Shown here piece after piece: positions 1 to 13,799 of a stretch of 64,000 bases of DNA (within the stretch, counting starts at the first letter, position 1; the number at the start of each line of letters is the position of its first letter). The stretch lies in the NCBI RefSeq assembly GCF_009914755.1, contig NC_060925.1, one strand, 5' to 3'. The DNA comes from the human T2T-CHM13v2.0 reference genome, Homo sapiens. A program made the position numbers and the translations under genes. The notes under the pieces were generated by a model. That model was not told where the DNA came from. It ran no database searches and was given only the letters and a program-made list of their open reading frames with translations.

Positions 1-429
1 ATTTTAAATTTTCTTTTATCTTGAAAGTTTTAGACTTCTCGGTTAAGAGATTTTTTTTCATGTTCTTAAATTATACATGTAGTCTTCAAGACTTTCTGCT
101 AAGGTTTTATTTGCTTGCTGTTTTACTTCCTAACTTGTTAGTATATTCATTTTTATTGTGAGATACAACCTATATACAAAAGAAAAAATAAAATATATTT
201 ATGTACTTTAAAAAGAAACACAAATAATACCAACCACAGTGAGGATAAGAAAGAGAAGACTGCTAGAACTCCAGAGGTGCCCCATGTTGCCCAATCACAA
301 GACTCTTCTCCACCCCTGCCAAAGTAAGCATGTCACAATTTTTAATTTTCATTGTAGTTTTACCATCGATGTATGCTTCTCAGTTGAGTTTTTAAGCTTT
401 ATAAACAAGGAGTCACATTTTTATGTAAT

Positions 430-2960
430 TTTTTTCTCTTTGTTCAATGTCCAGTTGAGAAGGTAAACACTACTGTATGTTGATCTGTACTTTATTCATT
501 TTCATTATTGAATAGTTTATTACATTTTACAATGATACCAAAACATATTTGTCTATTCTACTGATGATGATGATTTAGTTTGTGTCTAGTTTTTGATGAA
601 TAATTCTAATTCTGTTACGAAAATTCTTGTATATGTCTTCTGGGACATATCTGGGAGGTTTTTATTTTTCCCCAGAAGTATGATTACTGGGTAGACATAT
701 TTTCAACTATCTGGATAACAACAAAATATTTTCCAGAGGGACTGCATTAATATTTATCCTGACCAGTATTGTATGATAATTTCTATTGCTCTGCATCTTC
801 ACCATTAGTGGTACTGGCACACCATTTTAATTTTGCTAATCGGATGAGTGTCAGTATCTATTATTATCTTTTTAATTTGCATTTTCTAAATTATTTGTGA
901 AGTTGAGCACCTTTCATTGGCCATTTGAACCTCCCCTTTTGTTAGATTTATTTTCAAGCCCTTTGCTCACATTTCTATTATGTGTTTCTATTTTGTAAGG
1001 ATGGGTAGGCATTTTATTTCTGTATTTTGGGTACCAGATTTTATTTGTTATGTGTAATGCAAATATCTTTTGCCACTCAGTGATTACTTTAGTTATTTAA
1101 TGCCATTACATTTCCACTTGAGTTCATTTGTATAAAGTGTAGGGTTTAGCTCAAAATTTCTTTTTACCTGTTGATGTCCAATTGCTCCAACACCATTTGT
1201 TGAAAAAGATATTCTTCCATTTAATTTCTTTTGCACTTTTGTCAAAGATGAATTGAACATATTTGTGTAGGCCTATTTATGAGTTCTCTATTCCATTCCA
1301 TTGATCTCTATGTCTGTTCCTACACCAGTACCATATTATCTTGGTTACTGTAGACCTAATATTGGGTAGAATTATTCTTATTTAGCAAGGCCATTTGATC
1401 TACTTTAGGGCCTATGCCTTTTAATATAAATTTTTAAACAAGTTTAATTTGAAAAAAAAAACTTTGCTGAGATTTTGTTGGGAATTGTATTAAACCTTTA
1501 GCTCAATTTCGTGAAAACTGACATCTTTATTGTTGTCTTCCAATCCTTGAACACAGTGTATCTTTCCATTTATTTAGATCTTCTCTGATTTCTTTCTCAT
1601 TGTTTTGTGATTTTCAGTATACCAGTTCTGTCCATGTTTTGTTCAGTGTATACCTAAGCATTTAAAATTTTTTGGAAGGATTATAAATGGTATTAGACTT
1701 TTGGCATGTTCACTGTTAACCTGTAGAAATGTGCTTTGTTTACTTTTGTTGATCTTGTACTTTGCAACATTTTTTAACTCATTTATTAGTTCTAGAGTTT
1801 TTGGTTTTTCTTAGACTTCTTGAGATATGCCATCAGCAAATGGAGATAGTGAACACCTGACATTTTTGCCTTGTTTTCAATCTTGAGAGAAAGCATTGTT
1901 TTTCACATTTAAGTATGATGTTAGCTGTAGAATTTTTGTAGATAGTCTTTATTGATTGGAGCTAATTCCCCTCTATTTTTAACTTGCTAAGAGATTGTAC
2001 TATGAATGAGTAATGAATTTTATCAAGTGTTTAACTGCACCAATTAATATGATTGCGTGATTTTTCTGTTTTAGCTTGTTGATATAATGGATTTCATAAA
2101 TTTTCAAACGTTGATCCTGTTTTGCATACCTGAAATAAATCCCAGTTGATCATTATGTATAATTATTTTTACGTATTGTTGGACTAGATTTGCTGGTATT
2201 TTGTTGAAGATTTTAGTGTCTAAGTTTATAAGGCATACTGTAGTTTTCTTTAGTTTTGGACTGTATTTATCTGATTATAATATCAGAGAAATCATGGGCC
2301 TCATTAAATGAGTTGAGAATGTTCTGCCTACTTCTATTTTCTGAAAGAAATTGTGGAAATTTCTGAAAGAAAGTGTGGAAAAGAAATGTTAATTTTTAAA
2401 TATGTTTGGTAGAATTCCCCAGTGAATCCATCTGGGCTTACACATTTTTTCAAGAGCTTTTAAGTAATAAATTCAATTTCTTGAATGGCTGTGGGACTAT
2501 CTAGATGACTTATTTCATCTTAGCTAAGTTTTGGTAGTTTGTGGTTTTAGAGAAATTGGCTCATTTTTTCTAAGCTGTCGCATTTATGAGCAGAGAAGTG
2601 TTTGTAGCATTCTCTTAACTTTTTAATGGCTGCAGGATCTGTAGTGATACTGAACTTTTTATTCCTGGTATTGGTGATTTTTGTCTTCTCTCTTTTTATT
2701 TTTATGAACCTTCCTAGAGGTTCATAAATTTTATTTTTGGTTAATGAGCCTTATTGCATTAATTTCTTTTTTTATTTTCTAGTTTAAAATGAGGCTGATT
2801 TTTGTTTCATCTTTACTTTTTCTTCTACCTGTTTCAGGTGTATTTTGCTCTTCTTCTTGTATCTTGAGCCAGAGACTTAGATTATTGTTTTGTGGAATTT
2901 ATTTGTTTCTAGTGAACACTTAGGGCTAAAAATTTCCCTCTTAACACTGCTTTGGCTGTT
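430..2960 (-). mobile_element. Old, degraded LINE-1 (L1M-type) fragments, continuing at ~3320-3480 and ~4700-4815
   Basis: Long T-rich stretch with recognisable antisense L1 ORF2/3' motifs, e.g. 'ccaattgctccaacaccatttgttgaaaa', 'ttaagtatgatgttagctgtag', 'ttggtagaattccccagtgaatccatctggg'. Boundaries approximate. Confidence 0.75.
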
Positions 2961-2964
2961 TCTC

Positions 2965-3318
2965 TGTCTTAGTTTTGGTTACAATAGCAAAGGATCATAG
3001 ACTGGGCGGCTTAAACAACAAACATTTATTTCTTACAGTGCTGGAGGCTAGGAAGTTCATAATCAAAGTGATAGCAGATCCAGTGTCTGGTGAGGGCACT
3101 TCTTCCAGCTTGCAGATATCCACCTTCTCATTGCATATTCACATGGCCAGGGAAGAATTCTCTCCTGCTTCTTCTTATAAGGGCACTAATCCCATTCATG
3201 AAGGCTCCACCCTCATAATCTAATCACCTCCCAAAGGTCCCCCTCTTAATAACATCACATTGGGAACTAGAATTTCAATATGTGAGCTTTTTTTGTGAGG
3301 GACACATTCAGTCCATAA
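2965..3318 (-). mobile_element. MaLR solo LTR, MLT1A-like
   Basis: Starts 'tgtcttagtt...catagactgggcggcttaaacaacaaacatttatttcttacag', ends 'ggacacattcagtccataa'. Interrupts the old L1. Confidence 0.8.
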
Positions 3319-3579
3319 ATAATCACATATTTATATATTATATATTTGTTTTTGTTCATTTCTAAGTATTTTTAAGAATTTTCTTTGAGACTTCCTCTTT
3401 AACTCATAGACTAGGAGTATATTATTTAATTTCCATATGTTTAGAGATTTGTTTTGTTTTCTTTCTTTATTGATTTCCATTTTGTATTAATAGAGAATTA
3501 AAAAGCTATTCCTTAGTAATTTTCAAACTAAGAGGAATTAAGAGTTTTAATACCAACTCAATGAACAAATAATTATCAT

Positions 3580-3986
3580 TGTGTTAGCCTGTTCTGCATT
3601 GATATAAAGGAATACCTGAGGCTGGGTAATTTATAGAGAAAAGAGGTTTATTTGGCTCATGGTTTTGCAGGCTGCATAAGAAGCATGGTGCTGGCATCTG
3701 CTCCTGGTGAAGTCTCAGAAAGCTCCCACTCATGGTGGAAGGCAAAGGGGAAGCTGGCATATCACATGATGAGAGAAGGGAGTAAGGTGGGCAACGGTTG
3801 TCATACTCTTTAAAAAAACAGATATCCCATGAACCAGATCTCATTACCACTCATTACCTTGCAGAGAGCACCATTCATGAGGGATCTGACCCCATAACCC
3901 ATCACCTCCCACCAGTCCCCACTTCCAACATTTGGAGTCACATTTCAACATGAGATTTGGAGGGGAAAAATATCCAAACCATATCA
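3580..3986 (-). mobile_element. MaLR solo LTR, MSTA-like
   Basis: 'tgtgttagcc...ataaaggaatacctgaggctgggtaatttata...aagaagcatggtgctggcatctgc...atccaaaccatatca'. Flanks ATCAT/ATTAT resemble a 5-bp TSD. Confidence 0.85.
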
Positions 3987-4814
3987 ATTATCTTTACAAA
4001 ATCTTACAAATCATATAAATGATTGGAAGATACAACATTTATACCACATCTAAACTCGAATTTCTCAAAAGAATGATAAACCAACATTAATTATAAACAA
4101 ATACATGAAAGTCACAAACTAATGCTAAGTAATTAGATCAGCAGTATGAAAAAATATATTTTGTCCAATTACTGATTAAGCTAAGAATGTAAGATTTATC
4201 ATTAGAAAATCTATTTCTTTATATTAACATATTAAGAGAGTGGAGCAATGACCAAAACTGATTAAATCTCAGCTTTCATGGAGCCTTCATTCTATTTGAA
4301 AAGGACGACTACAAATAGATAAATTGCAATGTGTTGACAGGTATGAAGTAAATAAGCAGAGTAGAGATGGAGAATAATGGTGTTTATGTTTTGTTTTCTA
4401 TTGTAGTCAAGGTGGGTTGAGAGGTGGCATTTAAGCAGAGGGCTCAGTGAAATGAGAGAGTGGACGAATTTACTATTTAGATAAAGAGAATTCTTCCAGG
4501 TAGCTGGAAGAATAAGTGTAAAGGCTGTGAGTAACAAGTACGCTCGGTATATTAGAAGATTAGCAAGTGGGGCAGAGCTGCCAGAGCCTAGTGGTTGAGA
4601 TAAAGTGAATTAGGCAATAATGTCCAAGTATGCAAGTAGGATTGGATGGGGCCTTGTACACCACAGTAAAGATATGGATTTTGTTCTAAGTGTGATGGAA
4701 GCACTGCTTTAGCTGCATCCCACAAGCTTTGATGGTCTGTGTTTTCATTTTTATTCAAATAAAACTATTTTCTAGTTTTTCTTATGACTTCCTCTTTGAT
4801 TTATAGGTCTTTTA

Positions 4815-5200
4815 GGTAAAAATAATTTTAATACTATATTTTATTTAGGCTAGTATATCCATAATTTTGCATTTCAGCACGTAATCAATCTAAAATATTA
4901 GTGAGATATTTTACATTTAAAACAATTTTATGTCTTCAAACTCAGTGTCATGCTATGGCACATCTCAATTCAGACAAGTTATATTTCAAGGGCTTTATCA
5001 TCTCATGTGGTTAGTGGCTACTGTATTGTGCAGAGTAGGGCTACACCAATAGCTTTCATCTCTGTTTGTGCAACACATTCAACTTGTGACCTTTTAAAAA
5101 ACACCAATGCTGGGGCCCTATTCCCAGAAATTCTGAATTAATTTGTCTACAGTTGAGTCCTGGCATCTTTTGTTTTAGGACTGCCTACTAGGACCACTGG
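4815..5200. mobile_element. hAT-Charlie DNA transposon remnants (MER3-like then MER5-like)
   Basis: 'atgtggttagtggctactgtattg' (MER3-like end) and 'aatgctggggccctattcccagaaattctgaattaatt' (MER5-like). Confidence 0.55.
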
Positions 5201-6050
5201 TGTCAACCCTGAAATTTTCCTTTAATCACACCGTGTTTCTCTTGTGTTGAGGTTCAGCATCACTATCTAACTTCTCAGGTGTTTCTGTTTCTCTCTCCAG
5301 TTCTACTCTGAGGTCCTGAGGACAGGAACAAGGTTAATTCATTGTATTTCTCACATAACTGAGGCAGTGCTGGTCACAGATTAAGAGCTCAATGTGGTAG
5401 GTTGTTGCTTGTTACCACATCCCTCTATAGCTGATGATTTGCTTGCCAGAAACACCATTAACATGGGGCACTGGATTGGGAGAGAGATGGAAAATGGGAG
5501 GACATTCCTACAATAATACTTGCCAGAAAATCTGCCTTCCACAACAATTCCGTTCCTGCTGTCTAATACTCATTTTCTGAGTTAGTAATAGCAGAAATTA
5601 CTATAAAAGTAGGTAATTTCTGTCTTTACAGAGAGGAAATATAGGCTGGGGGTTTAGTCATCTTCCTTGTCATCATTATCAATGTCTTCATGTTCATTAA
5701 TATCAGCTAACTTTTGTCATTGTTAGACATCTATTTTGCATAGTAGGTATTTCCAGAAGTACCTCGTGATTATATGTGTATATACGTATAACATATATGA
5801 TATACATAAGGAGAAATAAATCAATCTTAATGGGTTGCATGAAGAGTTGTATCCTATATAAACCTTTTGAGAATTAGAGCAACACACACCAAATTTCTTT
5901 TTCTTGTTGGTTTAGAGTGTTTTGATGGGTAAAAGGGAAGAGTTTTTTCTATGATGGGAAAAATATTTTCCTCATAATGATCTTCTTATATGTTTGTTGA
6001 AGAAAAAAAATCAGTCCTTTTTTTAAAAAATGGTTGCAATAAATGCAACT

Positions 6051-6071
6051 TGTGTGTGTGTGTGTGTGTGT
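6051..6071. repeat. (TG)n microsatellite
   Basis: About 10 TG units seen directly. Confidence 0.95.
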
Positions 6072-6856
6072 AGTTGACAGACAGATACTTCCACAAAAGG
6101 TTCCTGAATTGGTAAAAGTCTCAAGTCTCTGATCTGTGCTCATGAGCTACTTAAATGCAGCAGAATCACATACACAACACACAACAGAAAAACTCAGAAA
6201 CTCCTACTCAAAAGGCCCCTTGATGGTGACACATTCCTTGGTAACCCAAATAGAAGTAGTCAAATATGATAGCCTTTGAATTCCAGGCTGAAGGGTTCAT
6301 AGAAGAGAAATTCTAAAGAGAAGAGTGGCTGACCGAGGGGCATCTCTCTCCACAGTTAGGACTGGGGACTTGGCCTGGTCTAAAAGCATGGGAGATACTC
6401 TCTAAAAGAGTAAGGAGGCCTATGGCACCAAACCAGCCTCTCAGGATTGACTGACCTGGGAAAGGCCCAGAGCCTCTGGCTGAAATTTGGCTGGAATATG
6501 TTAGGGGCTAAATGTGGGGCAGTCTTGGAGCCTTTGGTGCCAAAGTTCTTCCTGAGGGACTGAGCAAAGCGTGTTCAGAGGGAGGCTTGAAAGGTAAGTA
6601 CCCATAGCCTTAAACCCCTCTGTTTGCTGTACATTGAGACCTTAGCCTGGGAAAAGGGTCTGATTTACAGAAAGTCTCATATAGTCACCCCCTCTCCCAC
6701 TAGTGCCGAAGAGGCTATCTGGGAAGCTCATCATCCAGCTCAGGAAGAGATGAAACCAGGAGGCAGGAGAATGTCAGGCATGACCCCACACTTGTGCAAC
6801 AGCCACGTCCTGCTCCTGCCATTAGCATGGCTCATCCGAGGCCCAGCCCCAGGATC

Positions 6857-6865
6857 CATACAAAG
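6857..6865 (+). promoter_or_regulatory. LCE4A: Degenerate TATA-position element (CATACAAAG) of LCE4A
   Basis: Lies ~80 nt upstream of the donor at 6939, similar to the TATA-to-donor spacing in KPLCE (74 nt) and KPRP (62 nt). No canonical TATA nearby. Confidence 0.5.
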
Positions 6866-6887
6866 TGTGTTCCTGCTGCTGGCTTCT

Positions 6888-6938
6888 CATCTGCTCTGCT
6901 TCCTAAGGGACGTATCTGTTGCTGCGTCTGAACCCACG
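6888..6938 (+). other. LCE4A: Putative non-coding exon 1 of LCE4A (start approximate); intron 6939-7598
   Basis: Donor ACG|GTGAGT at 6939 and acceptor 'ttttgtcattcag|' ending 7598, 21 nt before the ATG. Standard LCE gene layout. Confidence 0.7.
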
Positions 6939-7619
6939 GTGAGTGTTTCTATAGGAATCCAGAGGGGGACGCTAGCGGGATGAAGATGGAGATGGAGAGT
7001 AATTCTGGAAGTCGAACAGTGAAGCGTGGAGTAGGAGGAGGATGACATGGTGGACAAGGCCAGAAGGCCAGAAGTAGTAGTTGGCTCTGGACAAAGCAGG
7101 AACCAACCTGGGAAGGATTATCCCTGTGATCAGACAGGAAGATGATGAATGACCTGGGATTGCTACATCCCTACCAATGGTTGGCCTGCTGGTCCTAAGC
7201 CCATTGCTCTGAAGGAAGCTTTTCTCTAACCGTGCAGATCTCAAATTTATTATTATTTATTAAACAGATTTTCTACGAATTTCTGAATTCCATTTCTAGA
7301 TAAATTCATGTGGGTAGAATTGCAATGTATTTAACATGTCTTTGAGATGGCATTCAAATTTTGCTGGCTTTATTAGCTCAGAAGTCACTTATTAACCACC
7401 TAACAAATACTAAGAATTTTTGAAAGCTCTAGGGGTACAAAAGTAATGAAGATATACTCTTTGTCTGAAAGAGGTTTCTATACATGTCCATATTTTAGAT
7501 ATTCCTCTTCATCACCTTGGGGGAGGATTTTAAAATAAAAAAAAATGTAATGGCTCTTGATATTAAGTTTCTGTATATGTTTCTATTTTGTCATTCAGGT
7601 TTATCGAAATCCCACCAAG

Positions 7620-7919
7620 ATGTCCTGCCAGCAGAACCAACAGCAGTGCCAGCCCCCTCCCAAGTGTCCTATCCCCAAGTATCCCCCAAAATGTCCCTCA
7701 AAGTGTGCATCCTCATGCCCACCTCCAATCTCTTCCTGCTGTGGCTCCAGCTCTGGGGGCTGTGGTTGCTGCAGCTCTGAGGGAGGTGGCTGCTGCCTGA
7801 GCCACCACAGACACCATAGGTCCCACTGCCACAGACCCAAGAGCTCCAATTGCTATGGCAGTGGCAGTGGCCAGCAGTCTGGGGGTTCTGGCTGCTGCTC
7901 TGGAGGGGGCTGTTGCTGA
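7620..7919 (+). CDS. LCE4A: Late cornified envelope protein 4A (99 aa)
   Basis: [42 protein letters not shown]...[41 protein letters not shown]. Has the LCE N-terminal motif and matches LCE4A as I recall it. ATG at 7620 in context AAGATGT. Confidence 0.96.
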   Translation: MSCQQNQQQCQPPPKCPIPKYPPKCPSKCASSCPPPISSCCGSSSGGCGCCSSEGGGCCLSHHRHHRSHCHRPKSSNCYGSGSGQQSGGSGCCSGGGCC

Positions 7920-8028
7920 CCTGGACCAGGAGCAGCACCAAAGGAATTAGTGGGCGAAGGACCCATTGCAGCCTGGTGTTTTACCTCCTTCACTCTCTTG
8001 CCTTTCCTTTCTGTAGCCCCATCAATTG

Positions 8029-8034
8029 AATAAA
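8029..8034 (+). terminator. LCE4A: Polyadenylation signal AATAAA of LCE4A
   Basis: AATAAA 110 nt after the stop, with T-rich sequence downstream. Confidence 0.8.
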
Positions 8035-8532
8035 CATGCAGGTTTGCGTCTCATCAACTTCAGGCCTTGGATTTGCATTATTTTAGCTTTATGTCAATAT
8101 TTATATTTCTCAGATTATTGAAAAATTTTCTGATGTGCTTTGCAACAGTAAATTTACTTTCAAGTAATTTTCTAGTCCCAGTTTGATGGTGGTTTTTATT
8201 CCACTTTTCTTCACTTTTACCTAAATCCCAATCCTTTTCCTAGATAGAAAGATAGATTTATAGCTTTTACTGAAATAGAGAAAAATCAACCAATTAAACT
8301 TTAATGAATTACTTATTTGTGTACACATACCTTCACGAAAATCTAAAATTCTGCAGTATTTGTGAAAACAATAAATAAGGATTGATTAGAATTCCAAGAT
8401 AAACCTAACTTAAATTTAAAAAAAAATTAGTGGTGAAATAGCCAAGTCAGTAAAGTTGTTTGGACAGAAAAATCTAATTTACTTAAGTTAAAAAAATGTA
8501 CTTACTGCTCCATACATTTTCTAAAGCAATAT

Positions 8533-8555
8533 TCTCTTTCTCTCTGTCTCTCTCT

Positions 8556-8607
<52 letters not shown>
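8533..8607. repeat. (TC)n(TG)24 compound microsatellite
   Basis: TG run at 8559-8606 seen directly. Confidence 0.95.
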
Positions 8608-8609
<2 letters not shown>

Positions 8610-9824
8610 AAAGGATTAATATTAAGAAAGCAGAATAGCATCACATCCACTTGGGAACCATGTAGAAAAGTGTAATAATTTTTGTAGCTGTTCTTATTAA
8701 TTGTGTTGTGCACATGCAAGAGTCTGGTTAAATAAAGTTCTATTGAAACCCAGGTTTCTTTCTTTAAGAAGCCTATTTACAGTATCCAAAAGTCAGAATT
8801 GGAATTCAATGAAGTACTATTTCCCTTGTCCTCTCCACTGTGTCCCAAAGGTAAGGAGCCTCTTGTTACAGAGCTCTGCTGACTTAGGACTTTCTCTGAG
8901 GCAGACACATTGGTAATGGTAGGTCACAAGTTGCAGACCTGTCTTAGCCTTGTGGTCATGCAGGAAGTTCAAACAATTTCATTGGGAGAAAGTGCAGACT
9001 GAGGTGGGCACTAGCATGCACCCTTGGGCCTTTGCAGACTGCTGTTGAAATAAACTTGGTTTGTTGTTGTTCCTGCTGTTGTTCTTGCACTTACTACTAA
9101 TTGAAATTACATATTTATTTCCCTTTGATTGTTAAATGCCTCTCACCTTATCCCTGAAGAAGATTATACTATAAACTATTTATTATATGTAATGTATATA
9201 ATGTATGTGCTTCAGGATGTCAGTGTCTGGTCATGAAAACAGAGACCATTCTAGCCACATTCTAGCTAGTTTAAACACAGAAAGATTTAATGCAGGGAAT
9301 TTGTTAGAAAAGTCTTGGAGGGGCTGAATAAGTAAAAGTGGTACTTAGGGATTACCCAGAGATCTGGAAGAATTTGGGGCAGGACGTAGGACTTGCCAAA
9401 TGGCTGTGCTGGCTCAGGAGAGCACTGGAAACAAAACTGTCATCCTTGCTGTACTGTCACAGAGAGCACCCACGTGTGACAGCTCCAAGATCACTCTTTG
9501 AAATTCTGGTCCACTAGTCCCCAGAATGATGTATTAGGATGGGGGAAAGGGTGGAGGCTGGTGGCTTTGGAAGTCAGGGGCTGGTGTGGCAGGTCACAGG
9601 CTTTCTGGGACATAGCCCATCTGAAGTGAAGGAAGAGCCCTGTTCCTCACCCTGTTCCCCTGCTCTGGTCGCTGTTCAGAACCAAATGCAACTGTAATGA
9701 CTACATATGGTTGATGGGGGATAAGAAATAGCAATACCAGCAAAACTAACAAACATTCAGTTAGCATTTACTCATGTTAGGCATAAGCTTTATCTCACAT
9801 CAACATTTGCTTGGACTGTTTATT

Positions 9825-10670
9825 CTAAAGATATTTATTAAGTGCCTACTATGTATCAAGTGCAGTTTTAAGAATAGACTTGTGAACAAAACAGCCAAAA
9901 ATTTCTTCCCCATTAAACTTATTCTAAGAAAAGAAAGCAGGTGACAAACAAAATGAATAAGAAAAATATGTATTATTCACGCAACCGACAAATATGTTTT
10001 GAGTGCACCAAGCACTATGTATAGTAAGGCACTGTGGACAGAGCAGTGAACAAAAGCAATGAAAGTTCTCAGCCAATAGGGTTCACATTCTGATGGGACA
10101 AAATGAAAAATACATGCATACATAAAATATATAAGTATTAGATGAGGATAAACTCTAAGGAGAGAAATAAGCTTGGAAGAGGGACAGGGAGGGCAAGTAG
10201 GTATGGATTATAATGCTAAATGAGGTCACCAGTGAAGCCTTCACAAGAGCCACATTTGAGCAAAGACTAGAGTGAGAAAGTCAGCCACGTGGGCATCTGG
10301 GGAAACACTGTGGGTAGAGAAAAAGCAACAGCAAAGGGCCTGCAGTGGGAGTGTGCCTGAGCATCAGACAAACTGCAAGCAGACTGGTGTAGGGTCAGAG
10401 TGAGGGGAGAGGATAGGACATGAGATCAGTGAAGTACAGAGTGTAGGGTCCAGTCTGTGCATCCCTTTTGAAAACCTTTGTAAGGACTTTGGCTTTTACC
10501 ATGAGCAGAATGAGAAGTCATTTGAATATTTCTGAGCAGAGGAATGACATGCTCTGACTATTAATGTCTTCATTTTTATAGATGAGAAAACAGCTTCAGA
10601 ATGTATAGCTAATTATCTAAGGTCACACATCTAGGAATTGGCAGAGCTATGACTAGGACTGGGACTGTCT
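9825..10670. mobile_element. L2 fragments followed by a MIR
   Basis: 'atatttattaagtgcctactatgtatcaag', 'tgtaaggactttggctttta', 'ttttatagatgagaaaac...aaggtcacacatctagg'. Confidence 0.65.
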
Positions 10671-12097
10671 GAAAGGAGATGTGAAAAGTTCAGCTGGCTC
10701 TTTGGGTGAAGGTCTTGAAGAGGTTGGAATAAAGGTCAGAACAGGCCATTTGCACAGAGAGGATGGATAAAATAGTTAAGAGGGGTCGAAGAGGGGACAT
10801 AATCCAGTGGGTTCTATCTGTAAAAGTTTTCTGTATCCCTTTACATCTTGAAATGAAAAGATGGAGAGACAACTTCCATTGAAAATCTGGGAGGGGGTTG
10901 TAAGATCAAATGCAATGAAACAGTTCTACAACGCTGTAAGTAAATCTGAGGGACTAGTTACCCAGTATATGTTATAAGGGAATAAATGGGTTAGGGAAAG
11001 GGTGGTGGGCGTTCCAGGAAACCAGCACTAGTGGGCCATTCCAGGAGAAAGAGAAGTATCTGGACATTGATATTCACTGACCTCTGTGATCAAGAGGGCT
11101 TCAGTGCTGTCTTGCCGTGTCCCCAGCACAAACAGCCCATGTGACTCTGAGCTAGGTGGGGCTTGCATTCTCATGTTTGGATGACCCACATATGTGCACA
11201 CAGTGGGAGTCTTATATGACTTTTCCCCTCCATATGTGAAAACCCTCTCTGCTCCATAGAGGATGTCCTTTACAAGATGTTCCTTGGCTTTTCTTGTGGT
11301 AGTCTGGGTGGAAGTGGTGAGTGGGAATGGAGGTAAGGAGGGAGACAGGTGAGGGAACTCCCTAGCAAGCCAGCTTAGTGTTCACGTGTGGTTACAGAAC
11401 ATGTCCTAGATCAGATTGAGAAATTCCTGTCTAGAGTCAGCTCCTGCCTGGCTGTGTGACCTCAAACAAGTTTCTTCCCTTCTCTGTGGGCCTCAGTTAC
11501 AATATAGGGGCTGCCCTCTGTCCTTCATTCTGTGGTTCTACAACAGAATCTCCTGATAGTCTAGGAGGAACCCCCAATTATCACAGGAATATCGCAGGGG
11601 ATCTCTGGTGCAAGCCTTGGGGCTAGGCCTGAAACAGACATACATAGACATAAAATCTAAGAGTGGAGATCACTGATCTCAGACACAGTAGAGAGATTTC
11701 TCACCGCGTACCAACATTCCTGTGCCCTCCCTCTCTTCAGTGTGTGGCTTCTCATTTCTTCCTACTTCTTGTCCCCAGAAGGGAAGGGACCCAGATTTGG
11801 CCTTTAGATTGTCCCCAGTCCCTGATCAGGAAAAGTTCCTAGGATGAGAGGAGACCCAGAACATGATGTCGGAGAGCAACATGTCTTTTTGGGCACCTCC
11901 CTATTTAATCCCCTGATCTGGGTTAAAATCTGAGTCTGGTTCCCACACTAAGGGGCCAAGCTTCAAATGTATAGTGAATGTTAGGATTCATGGATGTTGG
12001 TGCTGTAAGGGATCTGAGAGATAATCTAGTATACAGTTCCTGACTATCCTGATGGTAAATCCCAAAACAAGCTAACCAGGGGCACTACAGAGGACTT

Positions 12098-12250
12098 GTA
12101 TTATTTTATTTTATTTTATTTTCTAGAGACAGGGTCTCCGGTGCAGTGGCATGATCATAGCTCACCGCAGCCTTGAACTCATGGGCTCAAGCAATCTTCT
12201 TGCCTCAGCCTCTGGAGTAACTAGAATTACACGAGCCACTGTACCTACCT
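12098..12250 (-). mobile_element. Alu monomer (FLAM/AluJ fragment)
   Basis: (ATTTT)n tail, then 'agagacagggtctc...gtgcagtggcatgatcatagctcacc...gctcaagcaatc'. Confidence 0.8.
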
Positions 12251-13799
12251 TACAGAGAACTTTTAAAGATTAGCAGATCTTTCTAGGAATAGCAGCCTAT
12301 TAGGCTGTATGACACAGGTATTCAATTGCATTCTGGCAGGGGCCAGACCCCATGACCTATTTTAGTACTTTCTGCCTTGGAGATAATTCTCTCCGCCTAC
12401 TTCTCTGGACTAGTTTTCCATGAATCCACAAGTCTCTGATTCTATCAGCTTGCATCCAAAGAGATAAATGTAAGGGAGTTTCTGGGAGCAGATTTTTGGG
12501 ATAACCCTGTGAGTCATCCTGGCACTTGCACCAGTTATCTGACTTCTCCATGCCTTGCCTTCCCAGCCTATACAGTGGGTGGGGCACAACCCACCCACCT
12601 GTTTTGGTGGCACATAGATAAGGTGTCTCTCACCAGGTATGCTAGTACTGCTTGCAGATGTCAAACCCATTAGTTAGAGCTTGACTCCATACAGCAGGAA
12701 GTGAGCCAATCAGAGCTCACAGATGGCATGAGATGCACAGATTGGCTAAAGACAGAACAGCACTGACCACATGGAGGAAGGAGGTCAGTCTGGGCTGTGC
12801 TGTCAATGTAAAGCACCCCCATTCATTCATTCACTCATGCATTTGTTTAGTCAATGTTTCCCAGGTCCTATGATGATATATGGTGAATATGTCCACAGTT
12901 AACAATTCTTGAAAATCATAGTCTCGTGGGAATAACTCCATGGAAGGCTAGGTTGTGGAAGTATACATTTCCCTTGTAGAACAGGCTCCTACAACCACAG
13001 AATATCATAGCCAGAAGGGGTCTCATCTAGCCTCTTTGCTTTAGATTGGAAGAGAAAAGGCCTAGAGACACCAGGGCACTGTGGAATCACAGGGTGGGGT
13101 GGTGGCACAATTAGGATAAGGGTCCAGGTCTTTCTATTTGTGCCTTGAAATGTCTGTCTCCAGTTTTGTTGGCACATCTTAAAATGGCTGGTCTCCTAGG
13201 GCATTTTCTTCTCTGTAAAATGGGGATATCCCATCCTACATATAATGCAGAAGGCTTCTTAATGACTGCTTATAGGTTGGGTGACTGAAAGGTATGGTTC
13301 CTGAAGCATCATGGATTGTAACACCAGAAGCAGCATGCTTTGGTAGAAAAACAAAATTTGAAGACTCTTTTACCTGGGTTCAAATTCTGGCTCTATCACT
13401 TCTAACTGTGTGAGCTTGGACAAGTTATTTTTTGTTTGGAACACTATCGTGAGAACCAAATTTGATGAGCTACCCCGTGTGGTGTCTAACCCCAAAAAGA
13501 GATGGTTCCTTTTCCTTTTACTTCATAAAACATCAGGTCTGGGTATGCACTGAGGAGGGACACTTAGGAGAGCAGAAGTGGAATGGCCTGGAACCACATC
13601 CCTCCTCATTTACCCCTCCCTTTGGGGAGAGGGAATGACTGGTGAGCTTCATGGTGGAAGCTGTGCAGTAAGACAAGCCCTTCAGAGGCAGGAATGGCAG
13701 GAGGAAGCAGGACACCATGCCTGAGGACTCCAAGCCAGGACACCAAGCCTGAGGCAGAGTCTCCCATCTTGCTTCTTCCAAAATGTTCAAGAGCAGACA

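Noticed and set aside
7517-7941. Overlapping ORFs in other frames and antisense to LCE4A; 5' extension of the ORF to 7557
   Set aside because: These are shadow ORFs of GC-rich, low-complexity coding sequence. The extension begins at a non-ATG codon inside the intron.
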